Source of the DNA: Octopus sinensis
Taxonomy: Eukaryota
NCBI RefSeq assembly: GCF_006345805.1
Contig: NC_043003.1
Coordinates: 71,052,001 to 71,116,000 of the forward strand
Reading direction: 5' to 3'
DNA: 64,000 nt
Below, piece by piece: positions 40,450-54,276 of this stretch. The notes under the pieces are model-generated. The model worked only from the letters and a program-made list of their open reading frames with translations, ran no database searches and was not told the DNA's origin. A program made the translations under genes and the position numbers. Position 1 is the first letter of the stretch, and each line of letters opens with the position of its first letter.

Positions 40450-42000
40450 GGGTCAACCTGAAAGCAAGGCCACTTACTTAATGACCTTAGATCACTAGAT
40501 ATAGATGTGGTACAATCATCGAGACTGATTTCCAGGGCGCACCTTCGACAAATACGAGATATATGCATCTCTTATTCAGTTTGAGTCAGTGAGGGTGGCA
40601 GTGCCCTTTTGGAAATGTCAGGAACTGACAGTATGGATGATCTTCTCCGAATCGGATGTCAAGTAGGTGGTACTGGAAGTGAACAGCATTAGAGGTAGTA
40701 CCCTCAGACTAGTAGCCTCTATCTCCCGATGGAAAGGGCGGGTGGATTTCTTAGGCATATGGAAGTGTTTTAAGAACGTCTAACCCTTTACTATTAATAG
40801 GAAGCAGGATATTTGAGATTGTATTGGCTAGCCTACAAGAGAGAAATGCTCAGATATCTCCGATTATCTGGCTAGTGCAGAATAGATTTTCTGAATGCAC
40901 CTGTGAGTGTGAATGTATAGTATCCGCATGGGACCATCCAGATAATATTTAGATATAATATTTATTAGATCAGTGGCTAGAAATAGCGTAGGTTGCTTGC
41001 AATTTCAACCGGTTGATTATACAAATCAAAAATCTGTGACCAGTACAGTCGACTTGTTGATAGAGACCATCGTTCCCGGTGTGTAATACTTACAGAGATT
41101 AATTAACAATTTAGCTTAACTTCAGTTGATGTGGGAATTCGTCAACAACTGATTATGGGCTGATTACAATAGAATATGTAAGTTTTAGTAAAGAAAGAGC
41201 AGATAAATACCAGTGGCGAGAGTGGCCCGCAACTACTTCCATAACACGAAACATGAAGGTGACAGTTTTAGAGCTACGCACGAAGGAACGAAAGCTGTTC
41301 AACGGGTCCTAGTGGTAGAGTCACAAAGTGACAACAAAGCTACAGTAAGGTCTTTGATGGTTAAGGGTGGGCACGTAGTACTCGATTCCATGTATATATA
41401 TGCTGATTTTCAGTGGCACCTTGTTCAACGGTTCGAGATGAGCAGTCAAACGGAGACAATAATAGACTTCAGTGCTTACCCAGACGGCCTGTCACCGAGA
41501 TACAAAATGTGATAAATGATCGCCTATTTTGAATAGTTTGTCTAATGAACTTGATGCATATATGTTAGACTTGTTCCTCGACGTCTTGGCAAATATCTAC
41601 TGCAACTGAAAGTTGAACAGAAGAATTCTCAGTTTTATAAATCAGTGCTGTTGTGGAAAGAACTCGAAGAAAGGGACACAATCATTAATTTCCGGCTCAT
41701 ACTTCAGCTGAATGCCGGCCTTAAGAGTTAGCTATGATGTTAGCAAAAAGGTTGGCCATTCCGACAAAATTTAATTGTGACAACATTCATCTCTTGCGAA
41801 AAAATCGTGGAGAGAGTAAGCTGAAAACCACGCTCTCGGTTTAGAGCCTGGTTGGAGATTCTGATCCAGGTGAAACTCGAGACGTTGGAGAGGACTCCAA
41901 GCCTTAGAGAGAGAAAGAGAGATCCAACAATACCGACAATAAATATGGTTTCTGCAGGGTTTCCACGAATAGCTCCCGGAAACACTTCTTTTATTGTGGA
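40450..42000 (+). mobile_element. Degenerate L1/Tx1-clade LINE (APE and RT remnants)
   Basis: QGHLLNDLRSLDIDVV.IIET (APE N-terminus), KGDTIINFR..LQLNAGLK..AMMLAKRLA (RT), and LERTPSLRERKRDP. Confidence 0.7.
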
Positions 42001-42232
42001 ATTTCCTATAGTAGAAAGGATTATTATTATGAAGGCCAGCAGAATCGTTAGCGCGTCGAACAAAATATTTAGCAGCATTTCTTCTAAGCATAAATTCCGC
42101 CGTGGTCGGTTTTGCCTTTCCCCCTTTCGGGGTGGATAAAATAAGTGCTATTAGAGCATTAGCGTTGATCCAGCCTTGTGCCTATAGTAAAAAGAAATAT
42201 TATTATTATGAAAAGAAAATTTTACGTTCTAC

Positions 42233-42650
42233 ACAGGACTGGATGACAGAAGCTGATCTGGATAAATTTTCCAACAAATATAACCCAGACCTTCTGAGAC
42301 CAAATACCATCTTGGTTTCGAAGACAACAAAGCGGCTAATCCTATTGGAGTTAACTGTGCCTTGCGAAGAGACGATGGAGAAGATGCAAAGAAGGAAAAG
42401 AAACAAATACCAGTGGGTGGAAATTTCGGCAAGAATGGGTGGAGAGCAATGTGTTTGCAAATGAAGATTGGCAGTTGTGAGTTTGCAGATCGTACTTTGA
42501 GTAAGCCAAATAGGACTCTGGACATTACTGGGGAAAGGCAAGGGCGAGCTATCAGGAATAACGTAGATACTGTTGAAAAATGATTTAGATATCTTTGGCT
42601 GAAAAAGGTTATCAGTGGGATCCAGTAGAATCAACCTAGGTCGGGGCACT
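42233..42650 (+). mobile_element. HERO-like RLE domain 3' fragment
   Basis: LLRPNTILVSKTTKRLILLELTVPCEETMEKMQRRKRNKYQ, then GWRAMCLQMKIGSCEFA in a shifted frame and RYLWLKK. Confidence 0.8.
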
Positions 42651-43668
42651 TGAATAAAGAAATACCCAGTTTTCAGTTGGTATTTTACTTTATGTTGGGA
42701 TAGTTTCTAGTGTATGAAAACTCCCATTCTGTTATGCTTGTATACATATATACGTAAAATATCTTCAAATGAAGTCTCTAAACTCTCTGCCTCCCTAGCT
42801 ACATATATACGCTACCTCAAATCCCATACTATTTCCTATACCTTATCCTAGTCCGTAGTTTCTGGGACTTCCCCGTACAACTCTAACCACCGTGTTTGTA
42901 AGTTATATTGCTCGTTATTCTTCGCCATCATATCCCGTTACTCAATAGATTCTCTGACGTAATTTTCTCGTGTAAACACTGATCTTATTTCCCATTTTCC
43001 CATTACGTCTTTATGATTTCTCCAAATTGTAGTTAATCTCTTTATTTATTACCTAGCTACGCTAACAGCATTTCCCTTCTCCTTTCTCCTCGTACCATTT
43101 CTTACTTATCTCATTATACCTTCCTCCTCCGCTACTCCCACCCCTATCTCTTTATCGATTTCAGTCTCTCTGTCTAGTCAGTTGCTATCCTTATGGTCTG
43201 TTAGTAAGATTCCTTACTGACGTCTTCTTTCACCATACTGACCTTAACCTTATCCTCTCCCCTCGTCTCTCAGTTTCTTTTATTCTACCTCTGTTCATTG
43301 CCCTTGACGTAGAAATCCTCCTCCGTCTCCCTGCCTTTCGTTTCTTCTTTTCTTATCCTTCCTTTCTACGTCGTAGATACCCTCCTCTCTCGCCCCGCCT
43401 TTTCTTCTTGTACTACTTCCTCTTTCTCTTCAACATTCTAAATCTCTATCACCTCTGTATAAACCGCTTTTGCTAGCATTCTGTTCATGAGGGAAGCTGG
43501 ACTTATTGTGGTATCTTCACCTAACTATTTGTTGGTCGTATACCCAAGACGTTTTGCACATTCTATCTGTAAATTATGATTATTACGATTATTATGAAAC
43601 TCTGAGTATCCTGAAATGCTGTCGAGTTACATTATGTATTTTCTTCATAGTATTCAATATTTTTACGC

Positions 43669-43733
<65 letters not shown>

Positions 43734-44409
43734 ATATCTAGGTTATGTTTAAAATTAAAGTTTAGAAGACTTTAACGTACGCATCATACCAACACCATTC
43801 TGCCACACACAGTAGCGAAATGTACATAACACTGTAACATATTATGTAACCTGATGAGGTTTCTTCTGCACTGTGCATTCGATTCCATTATATCGTTCCC
43901 CACCAACTAGGAATCAGTGTAGATGTAAGGCGAAACGATCGTCGTGCTAAATGAAGCTTACAATACACTCTGTCTTCCTTATCAATTATCTAAAATATAC
44001 ATGTGTATGTATGTATACATACGCATGTATGTGTGTGTGTGCGCGCGTGAGTGTGTGTTTCCTGTGTGTTTCTCTCCGAATATATGTTGATGTAAGTATT
44101 TGTGAGTACACGTGTGCGTGTGTGTTTGTGTGTGTGTGTGTGTGTGTGTTTGTGCGCGCGCGCGAAGCATAGTTTATTTGCATTACTACCTACCTACATT
44201 TCTACACATACGCACACACACACACTCACGCATGTCAATCTGCGTATCGTACTTAAAGTATTTATCATCGAAAACCTGATAAACCTGTCAAAACAAAACC
44301 AGTCACTACTGATATAGTAAAAAAGGGATTATAAATAAATCGCTGGTACCGCAGTGGGCAGGCAGAATGAATACGAATTCGTTATGAGTAACAGAAGCAA
44401 TCTGCGTAT

Positions 44410-44722
44410 CATATTTAGTTAGTTAGTTAGTTAATTTTTGGCTCAAAAAGCAAAAAGCAAGGCCATGTAGGGGGACATGGAGTTATGTACAGGGTGGTGT
44501 TCATGTAAAGAGTTCAGGCTACTTGATGTCAAGGGAGACTTTGAACAAAGCGGTCGTCGGCATCTTCACCATCTCGTCTGGCAGCTTGTTCCACGGATCC
44601 GCAACCCGGACGGAGAAAGCCCCTCTCCTTCGATTGAGATGAAATCGTCTCACATAGAGCTTTTCGGAATGACCCCGCAGCCGACGCTCAGGAGCAGGAG
44701 TGAAGAACAGCTCTTTCGAGAG
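44410..44722 (-). mobile_element. CR1 LINE 3' end with (TAAC)n tail
   Basis: ELFFTPAPERRLRGHSEKLYVRRFHLNRRRGAFSVRVADPWNKLPDEMVKMPTTALFKVSLD. Confidence 0.88.
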
Positions 44723-45289
44723 GTTACACTTTCCGCTTACTTATCTCATTATACCTTCTTCCTCCGCTACTCCCACCCCTACCTCTTTATCGATTCCAGT
44801 CTCTCTGTCTAGTCAGTTGCTATCCTTATTGTCTGTTAGTAAGATTGCCCTTGACGTAGAAATCCTCATCCGTCTCCCTGCCTTTCGTTTAAAGCATATA
44901 CGTTGTTGAATGCCTGATAGATTGAGATATTGGTTTCGAGAAAGCAACTCTTATAGACGCATAGTGTTAAAAAGTAGAAATATTTGAGAGATGTGTAATT
45001 TGTGGAAGGAAGAAATTATGCATCAACGATCGCTAAAAGGATGTCACAATACCGGACGAATGGAATACATTAATTTTCATATTGAAAAAGAAAACAACAC
45101 TTTCATTACAAGATGAAGATGGGGGACATTCCTTTGCGACAATACATCTAGCTGTCACTCTGAAGGTGACAACAGCGCGAGTTCAATCTAGTTCAAGAGA
45201 TAGTCCAAATCAAGGAAGACTCCTCCACATAACCCCTACCTTCACGGATTCAAACGGAATCTCATAAACATGATTAATACGATAGAAGT

Positions 45290-47100
45290 TTAGAGAAACT
45301 CAACAAGGAAGAATGAACTTCTCAAAAAGACAATTGAAAAGTTGAAGAATTCAACAAGAATGCTTGTACATGCGAGTTAGACTGGGAATCTTTACAGATT
45401 GAAACTCGAGAAGTATAAGGACCTTATACCTAAAAGGATATAAAATAGAACCATGATCCATTTGAAAGAAAATTAATAAAGAATGTTAGAATATAGTGTG
45501 CGATATCAGATCATAGGATCGGACAAGCCTATAACATCAAAACCTCCTAAAATTAATTTAAAGGACATTAAACCAAGTTTGGTTAGTAAACCTTCTGCGC
45601 AGCTAGTCTGTCATTCTAAATCTGATATAAATAGGATAAGTTAATTTTATATATAGTTATTCTCGACCTTAAAGCTAAGGTGGAATTCAGTATATGGTCA
45701 AAATACAGCTAAGTTATTGACTGGCGTAAAAGCATAAACGATAAGAACAGGTATAAATTTGTTCAAGTTGATATAGACAGCTACTATTAAAATATCAACC
45801 CTACACTTTTAAGACGAATCATCTAGGAAGGAGAGCGATATAATTCTATTGGAGAACCCTTATTAATTTCGATGGAAACTGAATTTCGAGGGATTTGTTA
45901 TATGATTTCGATGCAACTATGGGATCTAACAATTCGGCGCAGGTCACATATTTAGTAGGTAATTATACTTTGAATAAATTAAAGGTTGATTTTTCAGACA
46001 TTGCAGGTGATCTATATAGAAACAATGCACTATTAATTTTCTGCAACCACAGCAATATAGAGATAGAAAGAATTAACAAAAAACTTCTTGAAAAATATTG
46101 GTTCATCAATTACCATTGAGGAGGATCATAAAGGACGTTACGATCGAGCTTAATTCTGATTTGTATAGATCATGTAAGTCGCACTAGGAAGTAATCTGCT
46201 GTAATCCACCTTATGTTGTGAACGTAAAGTCTAGATTACGGAACATTTTTAACGGCTTTGGGAAAAATTTTCCCCCTTCCATCATAGATATTTAATAAGC
46301 ACATCATAAACTTTTCATATTCTACTGGCCCGAATGTTGTCGATCTTATAGGCACTATTAATAATCGAAAATTGAGGAATATATATATTTTCGAATAATA
46401 TAAGTAACCATAACAGTTCTAATTCTAATACCAATTCCAGCATGAACAATTTGGTCTTGTTAGGTATGTGTAACAATTTGAATAACGGGGACTCTAACAG
46501 TTCGCGTTCGGGTAACAACTAATTATCCATTACCCTTTAGATCATGTAACGACCATGTTTGATTTGCTGAGGGAAATAGATGAGGGGATGGTAGAAGTAA
46601 TATCTACAGTACTGTGTTTTTAATATCGATAGAGATAGGGGTAGTGTTCCAACCTCATAGTAATTCTAATATCCCCACGGTTAGTAATAACGAAATTAGC
46701 AACAATGGAAGCAGCCATAATAGTATAAAGAATATTAGAACAAATTTGAAAAGTAATAACGAATTCAGACGTATGGATGATAATATTGATCCTAAAAACA
46801 GCACTTCGACGGTGAAACTGAATATGTATAGTTATAGGCGACCAACCAAGTAATATAAGTATCTTATTGATAATGTGGTCTACAAATGATCGATTTTATC
46901 ATCGGGGCCAAGCGTATAATTATGTTGGCACGGCTTAAAGTTAAATTTCGAAATCATTTGCATAAATTTAGAACAAAGAATAAAGCCAATAACAACATGG
47001 TAAAAATATTCGATCTCTTCGTCGATAGTCAGACGAGTCATGCCAAATATAGGAGGCAGGAGCAATTGGACAATGCGCCATCACTGAGCGGATTGCTGTA
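45290..47100 (+). mobile_element. Old degenerate Penelope-like element (RT + GIY-YIG)
   Basis: VIDWRKSINDKNRYKFVQVDIDSYY, FDATMGSNNSAQVTYLVG...GDLYRNNAL, INFSYSTGPN, and KFRNHLHKFRTKNKAN. Confidence 0.78.
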
Positions 47101-47438
47101 ATGAATATTCTCGTAATAAATTTGAGGTGATAAATATTAGATAAACCACATTTTTAAAGAGAACATTTCTGTATAGTGTCTATTAACTAATTTATTTATC
47201 CATGTAACAGAACAGATTAGATATTGGGTTTAACTTAAGTGGTTACATATATATTATTTTATTACTTGTTATCTCCACGATCTCTGGACTAACTAACGGA
47301 TAATGATATTGATCGTAGATATTTTCCCAGCTGTAAACGTTGTGCGTGTGTACTCTGTTTATCATGAGATTAAATATTTATTCTTGTGAATGGGATTGAG
47401 CCATTGAATTGTTCTTATCAATGGACTATAATAAATGG

Positions 47439-47483
<45 letters not shown>

Positions 47484-47499
47484 CATATATAAAGTTAAT

Positions 47500-47703
47500 T
47501 CAAACATGAAAGCACAAAAAAACACAACAGCGCGAGGACGTGGAATAAATATAGTATTATTGGACGCTCAGGAAAGAAGGAAAGAATGAGGGTTTAACGT
47601 TTCGAGCAGAGCTCTTCGTCGGAAACATAGGAGAAGGAAAGATCCAGAGAAGGGAAGACAGAGGAAAAAAATCGCCAACGGTACACACGCGGTCACATTT
47701 TGA
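47500..47703 (-). mobile_element. Short (TA)n-embedded element with hammerhead-like fold (47592-47626)
   Basis: Minus strand GTTT-CCGACGA-A-GAGC-TCT-GCTC-GAAA-CG-TT-AAAC; matches 18079-18297. Confidence 0.72.
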
Positions 47704-47723
47704 ATATATATATATATATATAA

Positions 47724-47804
<81 letters not shown>

Positions 47805-47814
47805 TATTGTTATT

Positions 47815-47940
47815 GTTTTGAGCTCTCATAAGGAGGCGAGTGTAAGTTCCATCCAACCGCCTCTCAAGCTTCTTTGATAATGTCCAGGTTTTTGAGCCAT
47901 ATAGTAGAAATATATGGCCGCAGCTCTGAGCTGAAACAAG
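47815..47940 (-). mobile_element. RTE LINE internal fragment between (TA)n runs
   Basis: [31 protein letters not shown]; near-identical to 49238-49330. Confidence 0.85.
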
Positions 47941-48006
<66 letters not shown>

Positions 48007-48968
48007 GCATTTGTATTTAAAATGAACATCTTTGCTAATTGTAAGAATAACATCTAAATTTATCAGTGTAGTAGCTTATGCGCTAGTATATCAAAGCAAC
48101 CGAATGGTTGAAAGTAAAGAGTCTAATTAAATATGAAAGTGTCCATGCATATGCTAATGTTTACACACTTATACAAGAGTACTATATATGTAAAGCTGGA
48201 TATATGAATAATTATACACATGTATATATGTTTCCTTATGCGCTTAAGTGCATATGCACATTAGACTAGAAGATATTTAGAATTTCACCGTGATTCAATA
48301 TGTGTATCAGTTCCGCCTGTGTTATCGAGCACATACGACAGCAACTTGATGCCACCCCGAAAGGTATTCATTTGAACGCTGTTTCAAAATGAGGTTCTGG
48401 TAACTGAAGTAAATGACACGCTGTTTTCAGTCATCGTTCTGTGATAACTTCGCGTAGTCTTGTGTTGACTCTCTTTAGAGATGGAAAAATATGACATAAA
48501 ATACATGTGTTTACGTTTATATATAATCTATTTATATATGTGTGTTTATACATGTATATATGTGTACGCATGCATACATATATATATATATATACCTCAT
48601 TTGTAATACATATATTACAACTGGTACCTTTCTCTATTTGGATACACATAATTTTTTAAAGGGTTTACGCATCAGCATTTTATTTTAAAGCTGTTTTAGG
48701 TACGTTATGTCGATTTAATTGTAACAGGTTCGGTTAGTATAATTCAGTAATTGTTCTGTTTAGTGGTCCCTATATTGCAACAAACATATTCTGCTTAACT
48801 CTGAACATGCGACTGAGGAAACCAAATCAGGTCGGAACACCGTCTCACAGGTTTCGGAATAAAGCCCTATGTTTTGTAACACAATCTCCATGACATATTT
48901 CTGAGACAAATTATTATAGCCAGTACCTTCCCAAATTTGTATGCACATTAGATGTTATACACAGCTAT

Positions 48969-49371
48969 CATCATCATTGTTCGACCGTGGTCGAGACAAT
49001 GGAATTTACTATGCTACGCCAGACTTCACGGTCCATCATAGCATTACGGAGGTCCTGTTGCTGGATGCCTGTATCCCTGGAGATTACATCAGGGTAGGAG
49101 AGTGTGCGCCCTCTGCTATCGCGAGTAGATGGCTTCCAGAGGAGAAGAGTAGAAATTGCCTCGTTTTCAGCTCTACAACAATGTCCAGCGAACTGGACTC
49201 TCCAATCTTTCACAAGAGATGATACAAGTGGTAGTTTCCCATATATTTCTACTATATGGCTCAAAAACCTGGACATTATCAAAGAAGCTTGAGAGGCGGT
49301 TGGATGGAACTGACACTCGCCTCCTTATGAGAGCTCAAAATCTCTCGTGGAAGCGTCATCCAACCAAAGTG
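48969..49371 (-). mobile_element. 5'-truncated RTE LINE with a 5' inversion and 9-bp TSD
   Basis: Minus strand IYGKLP...FAGHCCR...DTG...MMDREVWR with a (TGA)n tail; plus strand LLYGSKTW...HPTKV. CACAGCTAT at 48960-48968 and 49372-49380. Confidence 0.88.
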
Positions 49372-49611
49372 CACAGCTATACACATAGTTCGCCCCCTCC
49401 CCAAAAAATGAAAAAAGAAAAAATGTATACACACTTCAGGAAAGGAAAATTCTATTTAAATATTTTCATTCAGTTATCGCAATTTGATAAAACATCGAAA
49501 GAGGTATCTATATTTATAGAGGTTAAATATTTATACAGATTTTTCCTTTCCTGAAGTGAGTGTGTTCAATTATAAGGCAGTAAAAGAGAATGACTCTCCC
49601 CAGACACAAGC

Positions 49612-49701
49612 ATATATATATATATGTATATATATGCATATATATATGTATATACATATGTATATATGTATATATATTTATGTATATATATGTACATATA
49701 T

Positions 49702-49747
<46 letters not shown>

Positions 49748-49850
49748 ATATGTATATGTATATATATGTACATTTATGTATATGTATATAAATATGTATA
49801 TATGTATATATATTTGTATATATATATGTATATATGTATATATATGTGTA

Positions 49851-49890
<40 letters not shown>

Positions 49891-50025
49891 TATATGTATA
49901 TATATGTATATATGTAATATATATATATATGTATATAGATGTATATATATATGTATATATGTATATATGTATTTATACGTATATATATATGTATCTATAT
50001 ATATGTATATATGTATCTATATATG

Positions 50026-50084
<59 letters not shown>
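49612..50084. repeat. Compound (TA)n/(TATG)n microsatellite at the PLE 5' flank
   Basis: Directly visible. Confidence 0.95.
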
Positions 50085-50087
<3 letters not shown>

Positions 50088-50208
50088 ATTGTAAATAAAA
50101 CGTGAAAATCAGACAAGGTTGGAATTCTTTTTATTAATATATTCTTCTATACACAATCACACACACCCATATATATATATTCTATATTCCTATTGTGTAT
50201 ATGCCAAC

Positions 50209-53200
50209 ATGTCTGGAAAGCAACAAACAAAATTAACAGAATCAGAAAGAATTCTAATGGAAATTTCATCGAAATTATCAACACTCATCACGATGATTGA
50301 CACACAATCCTCTATTTTAAAGGAAATAGAAAAACAGTCTACAGACGGAAAACTTGGAAATGAACACATAAACTCTGAAATTAAGAATTTAGCTGAAATG
50401 ATACCAACAATTATAAAATCTACAAGAGAAAGCCTACCACAACCTCCTTGGATGTCAGAAATAAACGAAAGAAATCTGGAAAAGAGGCACACCGAAAAAG
50501 AGAAGAGATACAGAAGACATGGAAAAAACTCCTTAACATAAGAAAACAAAACTTCTGGAAGGCATATAAATGCGAAAAATATGCTGAAATACATTCGAAA
50601 TGGATATCTTTAGCGGCACCCATACTTCCTCGGAAGTACCTAATTAAAGAAATTGCAGGAGAACCAGAGGAAGAAACTAAACTTCGATGGGACCTTAGTT
50701 TGATAAAATTCAGGACCGACATCTCCATTACCCTGTCTAAACAATCCCGCTACAAAGCCAAATACGAAGCTATCGATGATCAAATCAGAGATGAAATATC
50801 CAAACTAACGACCGGCAATATAGCAGAAAAAATGCGAGAACTATGGATCAGAGATATCTCAAAAGAAGAAAGCAGATCAAGAAAGTTTTGGCAGCGGAAA
50901 CAATTATTTCTCGACAAATATGCTACAAACTACGGTAAAGACAACAGAGCTCCGAGAAATAGCATTAAAAGTGGACAACCTCACCAACGCAACATACACC
51001 AGAACACGTGGCAACATGAACACCTGTTTCACCACGAATCGAAGACGAACTACGGTAAGAACTCTTCCCATTTTGTATGCAAACACCCCAATGCACACAA
51101 CATGAACAAAAAGCACAAACAAAATAGATATTGTTTTGAACAGACCATTAGCAGTAGAAATAACAGGAGATCATTTTCAAGACCTCAACAGAGATTACCC
51201 ACAAGAAACTGGACAAAAAACCGATCTAGATCTAGAAGTAAACCCAGATCATTTCTCCAGGTGGCTAAAAACAATGCTAACAAGAAATTGAAAAGTAGCA
51301 TACATAATACCAAAAACAAGACAGAAAACATAACGAAACCAAGTAAAGTACCACAACCAAAACGCAAAATTCATCAAGCAAACATCAACAGGAATATAAA
51401 TCATAACCAGAAAAAAATCCATTTTTTTACGTCAGGACAACAAACACCGGAGAAAGAAAAAATCCAAGAGGAAACATACCCCAAACAACTGAACGTATAG
51501 ATCCTAAAATAATTAATTTATCAAAAAGAGATTTGACAATGATGAAATCCAACTTCTGTCAAAAGGACTGAAATTCACACCTACACCAACAGCCAACCAC
51601 CAAGAATTAAAGGAGGATATCCAAAAATTCTGTCGAAAATTACGACTTGTAGAATTCTTCGCTAACAAAAGTAATGAGATTGATGAATCCCTAGTAAGGA
51701 ATAAATCAAATTTCACCCCACCAAAAGGAAGAAATAACTACCTTGACCAATACATTGATATCCTGTCTAAATTTCCCCTTAGACGCAATACCAATGTTAG
51801 GCCAAACATTAGCAAATCAGAGATGTCTGCATGTAAACGTATACAAAACGATCAAACAATAATAATTAAACAAGCAGATAAAGGTGGTGCAATTGTTATT
51901 ATGGATACCGAATACTATAAGGATTTGGTTGAAGACCAACTGAAGGATACAACCTTCTATTGTGAAATACCCGCAAATATAGACCACCACATCATGAAAA
52001 AGATCAACAACCTAATTTCAACACACCACAACTCACTTACGGATAATGAAAAAGACTACATCACCAATTTTGAACCAAAACCCAGCAACTTCTACGGCTT
52101 ACCAAAAATACACAAATCAAAAAACATTCAACAGGCAGTAAAAGAACAAGAAAGTGAGTACATAAAATTATTACATCCAAAAGACCTAAAACTTAGACCT
52201 ATTATAGCTGGTCCAGCATGCCCTACACACCGTCTAAGCAATTTTATTGACATTGTTTTGAAACCACTATGTACTTACATACCAAGTTTCATCAGGGATG
52301 ACATCGACTTCCTGTCCCATCTTCCCAAAACAACAGAAACAAATTCAGTTTTACTAAATTTTGATGTGGTAAGCCTCTACACCAATATTCCACACGATTT
52401 AGGAATAAAGGCGATTAAATACTGGTTAGAAAAACATAGAGAAGTGATTCCCAGCAGATTCACAGTGCCTTTTATATTAGACACAGTCAAGCTTATTCTA
52501 GAAAATAACACATTCTTCTTCAATGGAAAGAATTACATCCAAATTAGAGGCACGGCGATGGGAACGAGGTTTGCTCCCGTTTACGCCAACTCTGTAATGG
52601 GATACTTAGAAGAACAACTCTACCAAGAGGTGGAGGTAAACTATGGCACTGGGTTTAGAAAGTATATTGAAAAGGCATGGAAGAGATACCTAGACGACTG
52701 TTTCATAATCTGGACAGAATCTCTAAATACTCTGGAAGAGTTCAATATCCTCCTGAACAACCTACACCCATCTCTCCAATTTACAAAGGAGATGAGTAGT
52801 ACCAAATTACCATTCCTGGATATAATGGTAATTAAAAAGACACCACCATCACCACAGATATATACTATAAACACACAGACACACATCAATACCTAAATTT
52901 TAAGTCGTGCCATCCACCACATACAAAACGTAACATCCCATACTGCCTAGCCAGAAGAATTTGTACTATTGTAGAAGATGCAAATATCAGGAACAAACGC
53001 CTAATAGAACTAAGAGAATTTTTGCTCAAACAAAATACCCATCTCTACTTATAGAAAATGGCATACAGCGGGCTATAAAAATACCTATACAACAACTTAG
53101 GACAACCCAAGGAAGAGGAAAACAAGAACAAGTCATACCATTCATAGTGACACACAACCCATGTCACCAGAATATCTTCAACATTGCCAAAGCAAACCTA

Positions 53201-53731
53201 CCAATCATTGCCCAAAGTAATGAATTAAAAGACATAATCACGGATCGAGCTATGGTGCTTAGTAAAAGACAGCCTAAAAACTTGAAAACATTACTAACAA
53301 AGGCAAAATTTGACCTCAGCAACAAAGACCAAACATTCACGGTATCTAAATGCAATGATAGCCGATGTGGCACATGCCAATTCATACATACCGGTCAATA
53401 TATAAACACAAAAACCGGGAAAATATTCACAAACGCGAATATGAACTGCAAAAGCAGAAATTTAATTTACTGCATCAAATGCCCAAATTGTGAAGAAATA
53501 TATGTAGGTCAGACGGGAAACGCACTATTAGAACGCTCACGTGTACACCGGCAACAGATTAGAGACCCAGAGGTCCGTCAGATACCTTTGAGTAACCACC
53601 TAGCAACATGTGGTCGGAAAATATATATAATATTTCCATTCTACAAATTACACAGCCCAAGTGAAATCGAGAGGAAAATCAGAGAAAAGAATTTTATTGA
53701 TAAATTCGAACCCAAGCTAAATAAGCAATAA
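50209..53731 (+). CDS. PLE polyprotein (N-terminal domain + RT + GIY-YIG), ~1175 aa after five single-base frame corrections
   Basis: ORF pieces 50209-50541, 50448-51500, ~51425-51538, ~51541-52896, ~52839-53035 and 52961-53731 each join by a -1 shift. I found no in-frame stops on the joined path. Confidence 0.85.
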
Positions 53732-54054
53732 TAATAATAATAATACTTAGAGGTATTACTTCCACTGCTACGACCATGACCACTAACAACAACAACAATA
53801 CTAAAGGTGATCAAGACGAAGATAGCAGGAAAATTATCTTATTTAGGGTTAAAAGTTCTATTGCCATAACCATCACCACTAGCAACAATAATTAAGGTGC
53901 TGACAATGATGATGATGACAATTGAAATATAAAAATATAAAAATCTCTGACAAAGGATATTTACAACATTTCTAAAAATAACCCAACAATTGCTGCTTCG
54001 GCCAGGGTCAAGATACAGGACTCTTGACATGTCCAACAAAGCGTGACGCCTAAA

Positions 54055-54168
54055 CCAATCAGCTCAACCAACCAATCAGCTTAAGTTATTGAGTGATACT
54101 ACACACTGATTGGTCAGAATACAGTTTGCAAAACCTAGCACTCTGGAGCCTACCCAGCTGTATTTATA
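54055..54168 (+). promoter_or_regulatory. Putative PLE terminal-repeat promoter (three CCAAT boxes + TATA-like)
   Basis: CCAAT at 54055 and 54072, ATTGG at 54109, TATTTATA at 54161-54168, ~65 nt before the hammerhead. Confidence 0.5.
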
Positions 54169-54231
54169 GCACAGAATCAATCATCTTGCTACAGTCAAAA
54201 ATTGTGAAGCATGACTGTCAACACTACTACA

Positions 54232-54276
54232 TGAACCCGAAGATTGCAGAATTCAATGCATGAAAGTACTAGTTCA
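54232..54276 (+). ncRNA. Type I hammerhead ribozyme in the PLE 3' terminal region (U4C core variant)
   Basis: TGAAC-CCGAAGA-TTGCA-GAATTCAA-TGCAT-GAAA-GTAC-TA-GTTCA. Perfect 5-bp helix I, palindromic AGTACT helix III, CUA cleavage triplet. Confidence 0.78.

Noticed and set aside
42720-43500. Purine-rich minus-strand stretch, possibly a LINE ORF1/endonuclease remnant
   Set aside because: No motif could be read with confidence.
43845-43880. CTGATGAGG motif (also CTGATGAAAG near 30830)
   Set aside because: No downstream GAAA or helix II/III pairing; not a hammerhead.
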